A stretch of DNA of 64,000 nucleotides from the human T2T-CHM13v2.0 reference genome, Homo sapiens, in the NCBI RefSeq assembly GCF_009914755.1, contig NC_060926.1; one strand, written 5' to 3'. The notes under the pieces are model-generated. The model was not told the DNA's origin. It ran no database searches and saw only the letters and a program-made list of their open reading frames with translations. The translations under genes were made by a program, and so were the position numbers. Shown here in pieces: positions 36,324 to 51,994 of this stretch. The stretch's first letter is position 1. The number at the start of each line of letters is the position of its first letter.

Positions 36324-39300
36324 TATGCTGACTTTTTAATCCCAGTACCCAGCACTGGAGTGATGCTCTATTAAACAAAAAAAAAATCCCAGTCCCCTGA
36401 GGGGAACAAGCAGCACTGTACGGGAAAGAGGAGGCCATGGCCTGCAGTCACAGACCAGATGACACAACTTGCATGGGAACAGACCTGGCACACAGGTGGA
36501 TGGGTATCCAGCACTCCTCTAAGATAGGGGAGAGGCCAGGTGAGTGACAGTCAGACCAGCTCTGGACTTGATAGGCTGGAGAGATAAGCCTAGTGCCAGT
36601 GAGGTCTGGCTCACTGGTAGGCAGGTTAAAGGCATCTGTGACTGGTTGAGAGGGTCGGTGGGGAGCTTGGAGAGGCAGGTCTAGTCAAACTGACTGGTGA
36701 ATCGGTTAGCATTTTAGCACACCCATCCTGAGAGAGCCTCAACAGGCCACTCACTTTACTTGAGGATCTCTACCATGTAGACAACATGAGGATCATAAAA
36801 TAATACATGAGGGAGGGGGCAAAAAATAGGGGCTCCACCTTGCCAAGGAGAAAGTCACGAGTGCTCAGGACCTTACTTTGACTACTTGTCTGGAAGAAGC
36901 AGTCTGTGTTCTCAGCACACCCTTAGGATACTGCAGAGTACATCCATTGAAGCCCAAGGGCACTTAGAAACACAATCCGCGTGATGGTTGACATGGCTGT
37001 AACTGTAAAATAACAGCAGTGATAAACAACCCCCAGGGCTTAATCACAGGATGCCCGAGTGTCACTGTTCCTTCTCGCTTTCTCTTTAAAATGTGTCACA
37101 GAAGCTAATCATATATGCTGAGCATTGTGCTGGAAGCCCCTGCTCTGCTCTCTGACACAAGCATGTCCAATTAGAAGCCTAGCATCAAGCACCTCTGACC
37201 CTATCCGTGGGAGGCAGACTCCTGAGCCCTGGATTCTATTTCCAGCCTCTGCAATGCTGAGCCGGGTGAGGTGACGCATCACCTCGCCTGGTGTTTTCTA
37301 ATTGACAGCCTGAGAGCATCGCATCAAGTGTTCCTTTCTCCAAGCCCAATTAAGTAGTTTCCTTCTCCCAGAAGGCAAATTTAAAAAAATTCTCTTTTAA
37401 CTCCACTCTCCATTCCCATTCTCCAACTCCTAACCATGTCTGCATGGGCAAGCACACTCATGTGTTTAATGTGTATCTTTTTGCTTGTTTATATTCTTGC
37501 AAAATGGGCTTTGTTGTTCTGTGTGTATCTTTAATTTACCTACATTGTATTGTGTTAAATGTCTCCTTCCATTTCTTGTATTTTTATAACTCATCACTAT
37601 GCCGCTATGGTTTATCCAAGTTGCCAGGTGTGAATCTAATCAGCACGGTGTAGGTATGAATGCCCCGTACCGTACTGGCCACTGACCCAGTGATGGCTGC
37701 TGCATTTGCTTCCAACGCTGCCTCACTGCAAACAGTATTGTAGAAGGTATCCCTGTGTGTATCCATTAACATCTGTGCATATTCTTATTTTTCTAATGCC
37801 AGATTGTTCTCCAAAGGCTCTTGAGGGCTTCTCTATCCTCACATGCCCATCCTTGCCAACTAGTGGCATTTTCCGGCCTCCTACTTTTTGACAAACTTAT
37901 ATGTGTAAAGTGATATCTTGTTATTTTATTTTGCATTTATTTGATTACTAATGAGTTTGAACAAGACTCCATGTGCTTGAAGGTCTTTGGACTTCCTCTT
38001 CTGGTTAGTCTATTTGTATCCTTTGACTATTTTTGTTTTGTGGCTGATATCTTGTAGAGTCTAGATTTAAATCCCTTGTCAGTTTTAAATATTTCAACCA
38101 TTTTATCCCATTATGCCATCTATTAACTTTGCTTATGGCGTCTTTTGTTGAACAGAAATTTATAATTTGGATATTATCAAAATAATCATTTTTTATTCTA
38201 AAATATTCATTTGAGGTTTTGTATTTTAAAAGATTTCCTCTACCACTGTGTCACAAAAAATATTCTATATTCTTTTACTACATATGAGGTTTATAGTTTT
38301 ACTATCTTTATTTAGGTCTTCAATCCCTTTAAAGGTCTACCTTTGGTTGTGGTATTATTAGAAATCCAGTTTTATTTTTCTCCTTAGAGTAAGCCACTTT
38401 TCCCAATCTCAACTAGTAAGTTATCTGTGAATTCCCTATTGATCTGTGGTGTTAAATTTATTGTACACAAAGTTCTGTATATTCATGGGCTCTCTCTCTC
38501 TGCTCTCCATTGTATCCCATTGGTCTCTATATCTGCTAATGAACATATGCTGTACTTTTTATTATAATGACTTTGTAGGTTAATTTCTGTAAAGGTCAGT
38601 ACATACTCAATATTTTTAAGGTTAACTTGGATGCCTTGGATCTTCCTTCTCTCCAAATAAGTTTAGCAAGTTCTTTTTAAAGTTCAATGGGATTGATAAA
38701 TGCTATTCCATTGAATGTAAAATTAATTTCATGAGAATTGATACCTTTACAATATCGTCATTATATTCAGTAAATGCCTCCATTTATTTATATAACTTTC
38801 AATGTCTTTAATTAAAGGTTGAAAGTTTGTCTTCTTGCATAAGATAATTTCTAAATACCTTATGGATTTTGTTGCTGTTGTAAAAGGTATCGTAATTTTG
38901 ATGATATTATATTAGGTACTAGTATAGAACAATTATAGTGCTATTTGGAGCTTAATCTTGTATCCTTAAACTTAATCCCTTTGCCAGTTCAAATAGTTTA
39001 TATGTTGTGATTGTTGGATTGTTTTATGTAGGTAGTTATATCACCTGAAAGCAACCACAGTTTTATTTGTTTTCCTAAATCCATATACTGTATCACTTTT
39101 ACCTGGGCCAGGAGCCCCAGTACTCTGAAAACAGAAGTGCTAATATAGGGAATCCTTGTTTTTTTTCCAACCTTAGACATAATACGTATGTAGTGTCTCT
39201 ATTAGGTATAATATTTGCCACAGATTTTTGGAATATTATTTTAATTAGGTTAAGAAAATTCTTTTCTAATTCTAGTTTGTGAAGAGTTCTTATCACAAAT

Positions 39301-39725
39301 AAGTTTTAAATCTATGAAATGCTTTTGATACAGGGATTACAATATTCATAAGATTTTTCTTCATTAGTCAAATAATGTGGGTTATTTCACTGTTAGATTT
39401 TTATGTTAAATAATATTTACATTCTTAGAGAAAACCCTACTAGATCATTTTTTAAAATACAATATTATATTTGATCAGTCTATATTTTATTTAAAAATTT
39501 TTCTAACCTGCTTTTGTAGTCAAGATTATATTAACCTCAAATAGGCTGGACTGTATTTGTCTTACTATTTTCTGGAAAAACTTAACATAGTCTAGGGATC
39601 TAGTGTTCCCTATAGATTTATTGGAGTTCCATTAAGCCATCCATGCCTGAGATGGGGACAGAGAATGAGTGGGGGCAGCAGGGGAGTTTCTCTGATACTT
39701 ATTGGTACATCAGTTTCTCTATTAA

Positions 39726-40105
39726 TTTTTTTTAACCTAAATGTTTTTTATTTTTCCATAAGTTATTGGGGTACAGGTGATATTTGGTTACATGAGTAAA
39801 TTCTTCACTGGTAATTTGTGAGATTTTGGTGCACCCATCACCCAAGCAGTATACACTGCACCATATTTGTAGTCTTTTATCCCTCGCCCTCCTCCCACTC
39901 TTCCCCCCAAGTCCCCAAAGTCCATTGTATCATTCTTATGCCTTTGCATACTCATTGCTTAGCTCCCACATCTCATTGAGAACATAAAATGTTTGGTTTT
40001 CCAGTCCTGAGCTACTTCACTTAGAATAATAGTCTCCAGGCTCATCCAGGTAACTACAAATGCTGTTAATTTATTCCTTTTTATGGCTCTGTAGTATTCC
40101 ATTAT
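39726..40105 (-). mobile_element. L1PB 3'UTR fragment nested in L1M
   Basis: GGGGTACAGGTGATATTTGGTTACATGAGT...GATTTTGGTGCACCCATCACCC; followed by a TA-rich tract. Confidence 0.8.
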
Positions 40106-40168
40106 ATATATATATGAATATAATATATATATAATATATAATATAATTATAGGTTTATTTACTACTTA

Positions 40169-40488
<320 letters not shown>

Positions 40489-41146
40489 GAGATAGTCCTT
40501 ACTAATGTACTCTGTCTTCTTACATACGAGTTTTATAATTTCTTTAATCACTTAATATTTACTATTAATTTCTAATTTGTTGCGTTATAGTTGGAGTGCA
40601 TGATCTGTTAGATATTGATCATGTAGACTTTTCTCAAAGACACCACAGTAGCTACCACAGTCATGTTTCCTCAACCAAGATATCTGGGGGAAAGGTCAGA
40701 ATTTTGACCAAAAACCTCCTTCCAATCAAGGATCTGTTGAGGGTTGATTTTGCTCACTATAGCTGAAATCAAGGGAGATTCAAGATGTGAGTATAAGGTC
40801 ACCTCTCTTTTTGACCAAAGAATGTATAAGCTTTTGTAGTGTCATAGCTGAAGCACTTGAAAAAGTAGCAGACGTTAGCCCACAACACAGCTGAGACATT
40901 TGGAAGTTTAGAATGCCACTTACAATTCAAAGGGAAAATCAACCAACAGTAACTTAAAGGAAGAAGAAAGGCTGCATGTGTTTAAACAGAGGAAGGAAAT
41001 GAGACTGAACAGCCAGGGCAATCATTAGTATTCAGCAGAAGGTCCCTAACTGGAGCAGAAAATAGTTGAGGAGAAGGAAATAAGGCTTAGTGAGGCCAGA
41101 AGACAAAGGGCCTTGAACATCAGCAGAGCAACTTTATCTTAAAATT

Positions 41147-41306
41147 AAAAAAAGAAGAAGAAGAAGAAGAAAAAGGAGAAGGAGAAGGAGAGGAAGAGGA
41201 AGAGGAAGAAGAAGAAGAAGAAGAAGAAGAAGAAGAAGAAGAAGAAGAAGAAGAAGAAGAAGAAGAAGAAGGAGAAGGAGAAGGAGAAGGAGAAGGAGAA
41301 GAAAAA
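41147..41306. repeat. 160-nt uninterrupted polypurine tract containing (GAA)22
   Basis: (GAA)n 41205-41270 flanked by (GGAGAA)n and (GAGGAA)n. Confidence 0.95.
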
Positions 41307-41779
41307 CAGAGGGTGAAAATGAAGGTGTTTGAATAGAATGACAGAGGAATATTTTTTAAATTACAAATTTCTAATTCTGTGAGGATTACATACATGCACC
41401 CTTTGTGGCAGTAAGTTTTGGTGAAAGTAGGCGCTGGTAGAGTAGAAGGTCTAGTCTTCAGCTGAGTGTTGTTTGGCCAATAGACAGAACGCTCCTAAGA
41501 GGCATTTAGATTTATCCTGGCTTTTCGCTCCCCTGCTTGTTTGTTGATTTGCTTGCTTCAAACTTTACATTAGCGTGTCCATTTATAATAAGTGGCTTAG
41601 ATCTTAACCAAGGAGTTTTAATTTGGCCATGCCTTCAATAATGTAGAACTTTCCATTCCTGCTGACCAGAAAACAGGCTTACTTGTTCCTTTACCTTGTT
41701 TGAACTCTTTCTGTGCCTAATTTTTTTCGAACAAGAAAAATTGTATATATTTGACTGGTAGGTGAGTTGGTTAGTTGGT

Positions 41780-42240
41780 TGTTATGGGTTGAATTCTGTC
41801 CTCCCCATCCCCAGATTCATAATTTGAAGTCCCCAATACCTCAGAATGAGACCTTATTTGGAAATAGGGTCATTGCAGATAAAATTAGTTAAATTAATGT
41901 GAAATCATACTGAAGTAGGGTGCTCCTAATCTAATGTGTGTGCTTCTAAAAAGAGAAAGGAAATTTGACCACAGATATGCACACAGGGAGAATGCTGTGG
42001 GAACAGGAAGGCAGAGATTAGGGTGATGTAGCAGGAGCTGAGCAATAGCAACCACCACCAGCAAACCACAAAAAGCAGGGGAGAGGCCGGGAGCACTTTT
42101 CTCCCTGACAGCTACAGCCCTCAGAAGGAGCTGGTCCTGCTGACACCTTGATCTTGAGCTCGTATCCTCTAGAGCTGTGAGACAAATTCCTGCTGTTTAA
42201 CTCCTCCACTTTATAATACATTTTTACAGCAGCAAGAGGA
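41780..42240 (+). mobile_element. MLT1B/C-like MaLR LTR
   Basis: TGTTATGGGTTGAATT...ACCTTATTTGGAAATAGGGTCATTGCAGAT...CCTGCTGACACCTTGATCTT. Confidence 0.85.
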
Positions 42241-44574
42241 AGGGGAAGGAGTGGCACCATCTGGCACCTCTGTAGAGCTTTGTAGAATTTGTTCAGGTTA
42301 AGGAATTCATTCTGGAATTTTGGTTAGAGGGTTCTAAATATCTGGGTATGACAATGTACCATAAAGGATATGTTTCCTCTCAACACTTCTAGACAGTAGT
42401 GGGGGTTGGTTCAAGGTATGTCCCAGGAAGTTGGGTGCATACATGTGTACTTCTCCCTGTGCAGTCAGCCCAAATACCTCATGGCTGAAGGACAAGGTGT
42501 TTGGCTAGAGGAGGGTGCTGCTGAAGATGCTGGTCACCCAACAACCAAATATCCTTCCTATGTGAAGAAATCCCCAAATAGGTAGGAGGCAAGCTTGGGA
42601 AGGAGCCGCACTTTGCAAAAAAAAAAAAAAAGGTATGAGATATTTCTCAACTTTGCGCCCTGACATCTGGGATTGGGCCATGTAACTGAGGCTTAGCCAA
42701 TCAGGTGCTCCCAGTCAGCACTTTGACTCTTGGTGAGTGTTTCCATGAAGGAGGAACAAAGGCTGTCAAAGATGTGGAACAGGGTCCAGTGGCATGGTGA
42801 CAAGCGTCTCTCTGGGAAGATGCCAATGATAACTACCCACACCAACTAGTATAATGAGGTAACTTTGCCTTGACCTTATCTTCCAAACTCCCCTACTGTT
42901 GCCCATTTGTCAAGTCTGCCCCTCTAGCCTTTTATTGTTGGAAAGAGCTGCCTTCCACTAATTGCTGCCAAAGTTATCCCATTGGTATGTGTTGCTTGAA
43001 ACTAAGGACATTGACTGGTACAGTGACTTCTCCATTCCACCCATGTGAGACCTCAACACTGGGAAACATGAGTCTCTCCAGCTTCTGGGTATTCAGCCAT
43101 CTGGACCCTAAGAGAGCTCCGTCCCTCTGCTATGCATCCTGGGCACCTTCTGCATGACTACTGCATCTGCTGTTTTGCTTTTCCAGCATGACTGTGAGCT
43201 CTTTATGAGACAAGAACAAGCTACTGTTTGGCTTTGGAACCACAGACCCAATCATCTCAGTAGTACATGATAAATGGTGTCTGTTTGTTTGGTTTTTTTC
43301 AACATGCTTAGTAATGGAGTGGTCTCTCATCTACCCCAAACCTCTTTCTCCCATTTGAGGACTTGAGAATAGGAAAATGGTTTAGAGAAAATCTAGGAGC
43401 AGCAGACAAAATAGAACAACCGGGAGCCTCAGGGTTTCCCCAGTGCTCAGACACCACACTCAAGATGATGCCAGTTGTACCTTCCTTAGACTGGTTTTCC
43501 TGCCCCTGGGTCAGTATTTTTTTTTTAACTTTTGATTACTTACACATTAGCATCCACCATTCCTGTCACTTTTCTGTAACTGAAAGCTTAATGTATCATA
43601 TTGTTCTAAATTCTCTTTTTTTGACCTAATTAACTAGACTCTCCAAAGGCAGTGGTAGGCCTTCAGGGGACTCTTGCTTGAAGCTCCCTCAAGCATTCCA
43701 AAATCATGTGGGTACACTAAAGTACCTTCACACACATGGGATTTTTGTTTATTTGTTTTTTACCCCTCTTGGACTTCCATTTCTCCAGTTCTTCTTTGGT
43801 TCCCAGAAACTCCATCTCCAGCAGGCAATATGACTTAATTAAGGATATTTGTCTACAAGCTTTAAGTAAGCTTTTCTAATTGCAACAGTTTCGCATTACT
43901 TTTGTTCGCATTGATAAGTTATTTAAACACCATGAATAATTCAATATCAGGTTCTGAATTGTTAATCAGAATAATGAGAGCAGCAGTTCAGCACTCTTTA
44001 ATAATTTGATTTGCAGTGGGTATGAAAAAGGCCTTAAACTTGAGGCTTTGCTCTCAGAGCAAAACAATAAATATCCAAAATAGAAGCTTTGCTGCTCCAC
44101 AAAGACAGCCTTTTCCCTCCTAATCAGTACTGTCTATGTATGTGTTGATTGCTTTGGATGCAGTGACACAGTGGGGACCTGTGTCACTCCATGGGTATAT
44201 TTCACAACTGCAAATATCTTTGCATGCCCCCTCACTTTGATTTGCAATCTGTCGGTTAGAAACCTGCCACTAAGAGACAATGTAAAAGCTCCTTTCGCCT
44301 AAGGACTGTCAAATAGGCAGAATTTAATAAGTGTCCCATTCAAGGAAAAATTAAGGTTTGCTCTTTATGCAAGCTATCCTTTGCTTCACCTGTGTGTCTT
44401 GGTAGATGACACTTATGAATCTGTAACTCCAGCTGCCATCTCTCAAAACAATCTCTGCTTTTGCAAGCCCAAAGGGCCACACGGATGTCCATCATCACCA
44501 CACGTCCACAGTATAACTGATTCCCTGTAGCTCAGTTTCCTTTCCAAATGCCTTGCTTGATGCCGAGGATGCAG

Positions 44575-44810
44575 CCTAGCACAGTGGTTAAAAGCACATC
44601 AGTGGTGTCTTCCTCCCCAGGTATAAATCATGGTTTTCTACTTCCAGCTGTGTGACCTTAACAGGCTACTTAGACTCTCTGTGCTTCATCTGTAAAAATG
44701 GACATGATAACACTAGTACCTACTTCACAGAGTTACCACGAGGATTAAATGAGTTTGCATTTTGAAAGCACTAAGACCAGTTTCTGACACATAACAAGCC
44801 TTCTAAAAGT
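44575..44810 (+). mobile_element. MIR SINE remnant
   Basis: CAGCTGTGTGACCTT...CATCTGTAAAAATGG...GAGGATTAAATGAG. Confidence 0.8.
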
Positions 44811-45049
44811 GCTTGTTGAAGAAAATGCTGTTCCACCCCTGGTTGGCATCCAGTAACTATCCTCTCTCCATCTTTCTTTGCCTGGTTCATGCTCTGCTTC
44901 CCCCATGAACCTCTTCTTTATGACATCAGTACACAGTGATCTCTCTCTTTCTCGGTTGCAAATAACACATGGAGTGGATGGAGTTCTGTTTCCTAATTGG
45001 CACATATCCACTATATTTATTTTGTGTCCCAATGATTTAGGGGCTTTTT

Positions 45050-45173
45050 AATTGTTTTTTAAATTTAAGATGTACAACATGATATTTTGATACGCATATA
45101 CATAGTGAAATGATTACTACCAATGAACAATTTAACATGCCCATCATCTTCCATAGTTACCTCATGTGTGTGT

Positions 45174-45216
<43 letters not shown>

Positions 45217-45725
45217 GCAACAGTACTTCAAATCTACTCTCTTAGCAAATTATATATATGAGTATGAATTTATATACATAATATATATAATTTATATAAT
45301 ATATATCTACTGTATATACTGTATATATATATTTTAAACAGGGTCCTGCCCTGTCTCAGGCTGGAGTGCAGTGGTGCCATCTCTACTCACTGCAGCCTTT
45401 GACCACCTAAGCTCAAGGGATCCTCCCAACTCAGCCCCACTAGTAGCCAGGACTACAGGTGCATGCCACATTGCCAGGCTAATTTTTTTGTGTTTTCTAT
45501 AGAGATGGGGTTTCACCATGTTGCCCAGGCTGGTCTTGAACTCCTGGGCTCAAGCTATCCTCCTTCCTTGGCCTCCTAAAATGCTAGAACTACAGGTGTG
45601 AGCCACCACACCCAGCCTATACAATATTATTAGCTATCATTTTCCCGCTGTACATTAGACCTTTAGACTGATTCATCCTACATAACTGCCAGTTTGTCCC
45701 ATTTGAATTATATCTCCACATTCCC
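45050..45725 (-). mobile_element. L1M(A/B) 3' end with (TG)n, interrupted by an antisense AluJ (45332-45617)
   Basis: TTTAAGATGTACAACATGAT...CATATACATAGTGAAATGATTAC; Alu dimer on the minus strand. Confidence 0.8.
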
Positions 45726-46262
45726 TCTCAATTATTTGTAATTTTCCCTAGCATAGGCATTCCTGGGTGTTGATGGGCTTTGTCTTTATTAATCATCAAG
45801 GATCCGAGTATGAATAATTCCAACCAGCCCAGTGCTACACAAACAGCAGGCATTGATAAGTTGTAATTAATCAGTCTGGATAGTTTTGTGATTAAAAAAC
45901 AAAAAGATGATGATGGAAAAACATAAGAAGTGCTGGGCCTGAGAGAGCGGGGGTCATGACATTCCACAGAATTTTAATTACTTGTGTAATGTTTGTGTCA
46001 TCTTCTAGAATGTAACCCCCATAAAGGTGGGGATCATGTCTAAAATTACATGGGAAACAATGTTATAAGGAATGAATTTCCATTGCTTCTATCATTATTG
46101 ATGGACAGTATGTGGCTGTGACTCTGGAATGCCTTTGATTATAGGTAGTGATGATGTTCATGAGCTGGCAAAAAACAGCCCAGGTGTGAGAGGAGTTAAT
46201 TTATTATTAACCACTAAAAGTGACTGCAGTTAGATTTGTGCAGAGAAAAAAAGATGATTTAC

Positions 46263-46755
46263 CATGCTGCCATAAAGACACATAGCACACGTATGTTTAT
46301 TGTGGCACTATTCACAATAGCAAAGACTTGTAACCAACCCAAATGTCCAACAATGATAGACTGGATTAAGAAAATGTGGCACATATACACCATGGAATAC
46401 TATGCAGCCATAAAAAATGATGAGTTCATGTCCTTTGTAGGGACATGGATGAAACTGGAAATCATCATTCTCAGCAAACTATCGCAAGGACAAAAAACCA
46501 AACACCACATGTTCTCACTCATAGATGGGAATTGAACAACGAGAACACATGGACACAGGAAGGGGAACATCACACTCCGGGGACTGTTGTGGGGTGGGGG
46601 GAGGGGGGAGGGATAGCATTAGGAGATATACCTAATTCTAAATGACAAGTTAATGGGTGCAGTACACCAACATGGCACATGTATACATATGTAACAAACC
46701 TGCACATTGTGCATATGTACCCTAAAACTTAAAGTATAATAATAATAATAATAAA
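46263..46755 (+). mobile_element. Young L1PA 5'-truncated insertion
   Basis: ORF2 C-terminus (ORF 46236-46535), G-rich 3'UTR, (AAT)n tail; TSD AAAAAGATGATT(T/G)AC. Confidence 0.93.
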
Positions 46756-48001
46756 AAGATGATTGACAAAGGATTAATAAGTTACCCTCTGTCAGTAGTT
46801 TAACTCCAGAGATTTTTTAATAATCTGAAATTCAGCATTAATGAATTGGCTCTTCCACCTTAATTTCATAAATATGTTTCTTTTCTGATGCACAGGAGAA
46901 ATCTATATACTCGGTTAAGTGTTGAAACAAGAATGATGGAGAAAAAAAACCTAAATCATCATAATTTACTATGTCACCGAGCACTATTTGTCTATAATTT
47001 ATCCTGGTATACATCCCACAGTTTGGCTGGGGTGGAATAAGGTATCAAGGGTGGCTGACATTTGATTTGTTTCCATTAATATGTGTAACTAGAGAAATCA
47101 AAAATTTAACAACCACAAATTACTCTGGTGACATTTTATCCATTTTAAACATTTTAGCAGAATGGTAGCAAATAGAATGTCCTATTTCAGTACACTGAAT
47201 CTAAAGCAGCTCATTTGCCCTGGAAAGAAAGACAGCAATTGGTGAAAAAGTTATTTTTCAAAAGTCAAAAAACAACTGATCCATAGCATTGCCCATTACA
47301 GAATATGCCTTAATGACCCAGATCTTCATTATGTGCTCCTCAAAAAAAAAGAATCTGCAGAATGGCTTCAAAGGTACATGAAAGACACTGAAATATAACC
47401 TAGAAGGGCAGACACTATTCAGAAAGGAATTATGAATGTTACAAGTGCTCTTTCTTATAATGCTGATCAATGAGGCAACACACTTCACCCAGAGATTTAG
47501 TGTTCTCTAAACACTAACTCATTACTGCTTCTATTAAAGTCTAATTTTCAGAACGTTCAAACATGATTCTCATATAAATACAAAATGAATGCGTCAAATA
47601 TTCCATTCAACTCATTAATTAACAAGGAAACCAGTAAGACATTGACCCTGATTCAGAGGGGAGTTGAGTCAGACAGTCAATAGAAAGCTGAAATAAATTT
47701 GCTAACAGTTATAAAACTGACAAATGTCCTAGTAGGTAATAAACTGTAACTTTTGAAGTGATCTATCTTATAGATAGGAATTATTTGCTTTGCCCTCCAA
47801 CAAACACAAATTGCATTGCTGTCAGTTTTCTACAAGCTAATTTCTACCTTTACAGATTTGTGAAATTGCCTAATCATTAATCAATAGAAGGACAAACAAC
47901 TGTATACCCACTAGAAAATTAGATCATCCCAAGGAGGAATGGGACTGACTACTAGCAACAGGCAACACTACCCTGAAAGGATACTCAGTAATACTGTCAG
48001 A

Positions 48002-48376
48002 GCTAGCTTAGGCTGCCATAACAACATACCATAGACTGGGCAGCTTAAACAACAGAAATGTCATTCTGTCTGGAGGCTGGAAGTCCAAGGTCAAAGTGCC
48101 GGCAAGTTCGATTTTATTCTGAGGCCCTTCTCTTTGTTTACATGTGGCTGCCATCTCACTGTGTGCTCCCATGACCCCTTTGTGCAAGCTTTCTGATGTT
48201 TCTTCATATAAGGGCACTAATCCCATTATCAGGGTCTCATCCTCATGACTTCATCTAACCCTAATCACCTCCCAAAGGGCCTACCTCCAAATACAATCAC
48301 ATTGAGGGCTCAGGAATTCAACATGTGAATTTTGAGGGGGGATGAGGGGAGTGGGACAAAAATATTCAGTCCATAA
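48002..48376 (-). mobile_element. MLT1A/MSTD-like MaLR LTR
   Basis: GGCTGCCATAACAACATACCATAGACTGGG...GGAGGCTGGAAGTCCAAG...ATTCAGTCCATAA. Confidence 0.8.
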
Positions 48377-49013
48377 TGATTGCCTTTTGTCTATTTCCAA
48401 GTTTTGGACCATTTTCTTAACTCTCCAAACATTTCAGCCTGACAAGTGGAAAATATTATCGTTCAACTTCAAAGGTGAGGATTTGAGACTCTGGAAAAAG
48501 TGCTGAGAGAATGCATGGGAGGAAAGATGCTCTAAGCAAACACAGAATTAAGTGCAATGTGAGAAATTCAAGATCAGAGATGGGAAGTTTGTGATTAAGG
48601 AAAAGAAAACGGAGAAGAGTTCTCACTTCCTGACCAGCTGGCCTGTCCTGGAGATTCCCGACCTTTTATCTGAATGACTCTGGCCATTAATATAATAGTA
48701 ATAACAAATATGAGAGCATCATCTGTGTGTGCCTACTATGTGTCAGTCACTTCATGTATATTATCTTGGATACACCATGTCATCCTGCAGTAGTATTATT
48801 CCCATTAGACAGGAAAATGATTTAGCCATGAAGGTCTGGAGACTTGCCCAAGGCCGCTGCCAGCAAATGACAAAGCTGGGATGAAGTCTAGTTCTGCGTG
48901 GCTGCACTGCATGGATTCACTCTGCCAGATGGCCTCCAGCTCCACATTTCACAGGCTAACACTGTAGCCATGGTGAGGCACCACATGTCTGTTTATTCAC
49001 TTGCTGAGACCCT

Positions 49014-49299
<286 letters not shown>

Positions 49300-50629
49300 T
49301 GAGCCCCTTTTACATGAAGAGAGAGGCACACAGGGTATGCACCAGGGCCCTGGTACCATCAATTGAGGAAGAAAGAGGAGGAGGCACAGGACCTCTGTGG
49401 AGGAGATCAAGAATTCTGCTTTGGAAATGTTCGGTCAGATATGCCCATATGACAGCCAAGTGGAGATGTCAAGAAGGCAGTGGCGCAGAAGAGGGCAGAA
49501 AATATAAATTTGTGAGTCATCGGCATAGAGAAGCTATGTAATGTGATGCATTCATGCCTCCAGAATAATGCTCCTTTGCAAGAATAATCATCAGAATAAC
49601 AGCCAGGCCTGAGACTTGGGAGTGGTCATGCAAGTTATTAAAATATTGAAATACTTCCATACCAGCTGGTTAATAGCAGCTGCCTCAAGTCTCCCAAAAG
49701 CTATCTGCCTTCCTGCCTACCCCCAGGGCCTGCCCACCATCCAGTTACGAAAAGTATAATCTTAGGCACAGAAGACACCTCCGGGGAGTGACAATTTAGA
49801 CTGGTCTCTATTCATGCCCTATTACTTAGTAAACAATTCAATATCACTCTTGATTCACAACTAATATTTCTTGAGCACTTAACCCATGTCAGGCATTATG
49901 TGAAGCCCTTTTTTGATTGCCTCGCTTGATCCTCATTACCACCTTTTGTGATAAATAGTAATATCATCCCCACTGTACAGTTGAGAAAACTGAGGCTCAG
50001 AGAGGTCAGTAAGTAATCCTAGGCCACAGAGATGGTGAGTGATGGAGCCAGGATGAGTCCAAGCTGAGTCTAACTTTAGAGCCTCTAAACCATTCTGCTT
50101 CCCCAGATTTGTAGATAGATCCCATGTCCTTGGCTGGGTGGCATGACCACCCTCATCAGAGCACAGGAATATACTCAGCCTATAGCCTTAATTTCCAGTG
50201 AGTGAACAAAGTTCTTTCCTGGGCCTGAGCTCAGAGCTGCTGTTTGTGTTCAATACTGAATGGTTATTTACTTCCTTCAAACTCTCCTATAAGGTATGAC
50301 AAGAATGGGAAATTGCTACATCAGCTCTTTCATGCCAAACTGTCTAGATGATTCGCATTGCCTATCTGATTTCACTAGAGGATCATTCTGTTTCACTTTT
50401 CACTCTTGGTAGCACTTAACTGATATGAGTGTCTAAGTATCCTCATTCATATGTCAAAAATAATGTTCAAAGACAAACAGCATGGTCTTGAGGGTAACTT
50501 TCCTTTATTTCAAAGTCATAATAATTCAATGATGATAATGATGATGCTGCTGAAAACATGAAACTTGAAAGTAGAAAAGCTCTTTAGAAGAAAGAGGCTA
50601 TCTCATACCCACGCCCATATTAGAGAAGT

Positions 50630-50950
50630 TTGGACATGCTACAACATGGATAAACCTTGAAGACATTATGCTAAGTGAAATAAGCCAGACACAAAAGAAC
50701 AAGTATTATATAATTCCACTTACATGAATAGATAGAATAGATAAATTCATAGAATAGATAAATTCATAGAGTTAGGAAGTAGAATAAAGTTTGCCAAGGA
50801 CTAGGGAGAGGGGAGAATGGGGAATTATTGCCTAATAGGTACAGAGTTTCTGTCTGAGATCATGAAAAAGTTCCAGAAATGGATAGCAGTTATAGTTCCA
50901 CAACAGTGCAAATATACTTAATGCCACTGAATTGTACACTTAAAATAGTA
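50630..50950 (+). mobile_element. L1MB-like 3' fragment
   Basis: CATGCTACAACATGGATAAACCTTGAAGACATTATGCTAAGTGAAATAAGCCAG. Confidence 0.8.
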
Positions 50951-50956
50951 CGTTCT

Positions 50957-51515
<559 letters not shown>

Positions 51516-51543
51516 GAGTAAAATATACATATGTATAATTTAC

Positions 51544-51579
<36 letters not shown>

Positions 51580-51639
51580 AAATCAAACAGTTTACACCAC
51601 AGTAACTGACAAAACTTGGCCACTTAAAAAAAAATAACA

Positions 51640-51956
<317 letters not shown>

Positions 51957-51963
51957 TTACAAA

Positions 51964-51994
<31 letters not shown>

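Noticed and set aside
41120-41395. Poly-Ser/Pro ORF
   Set aside because: Translation of the (TTC)n microsatellite strand
47450-47950. Stretch resembling an old interspersed repeat or conserved element
   Set aside because: Could not assign a family or boundaries by eye; needs a Dfam search
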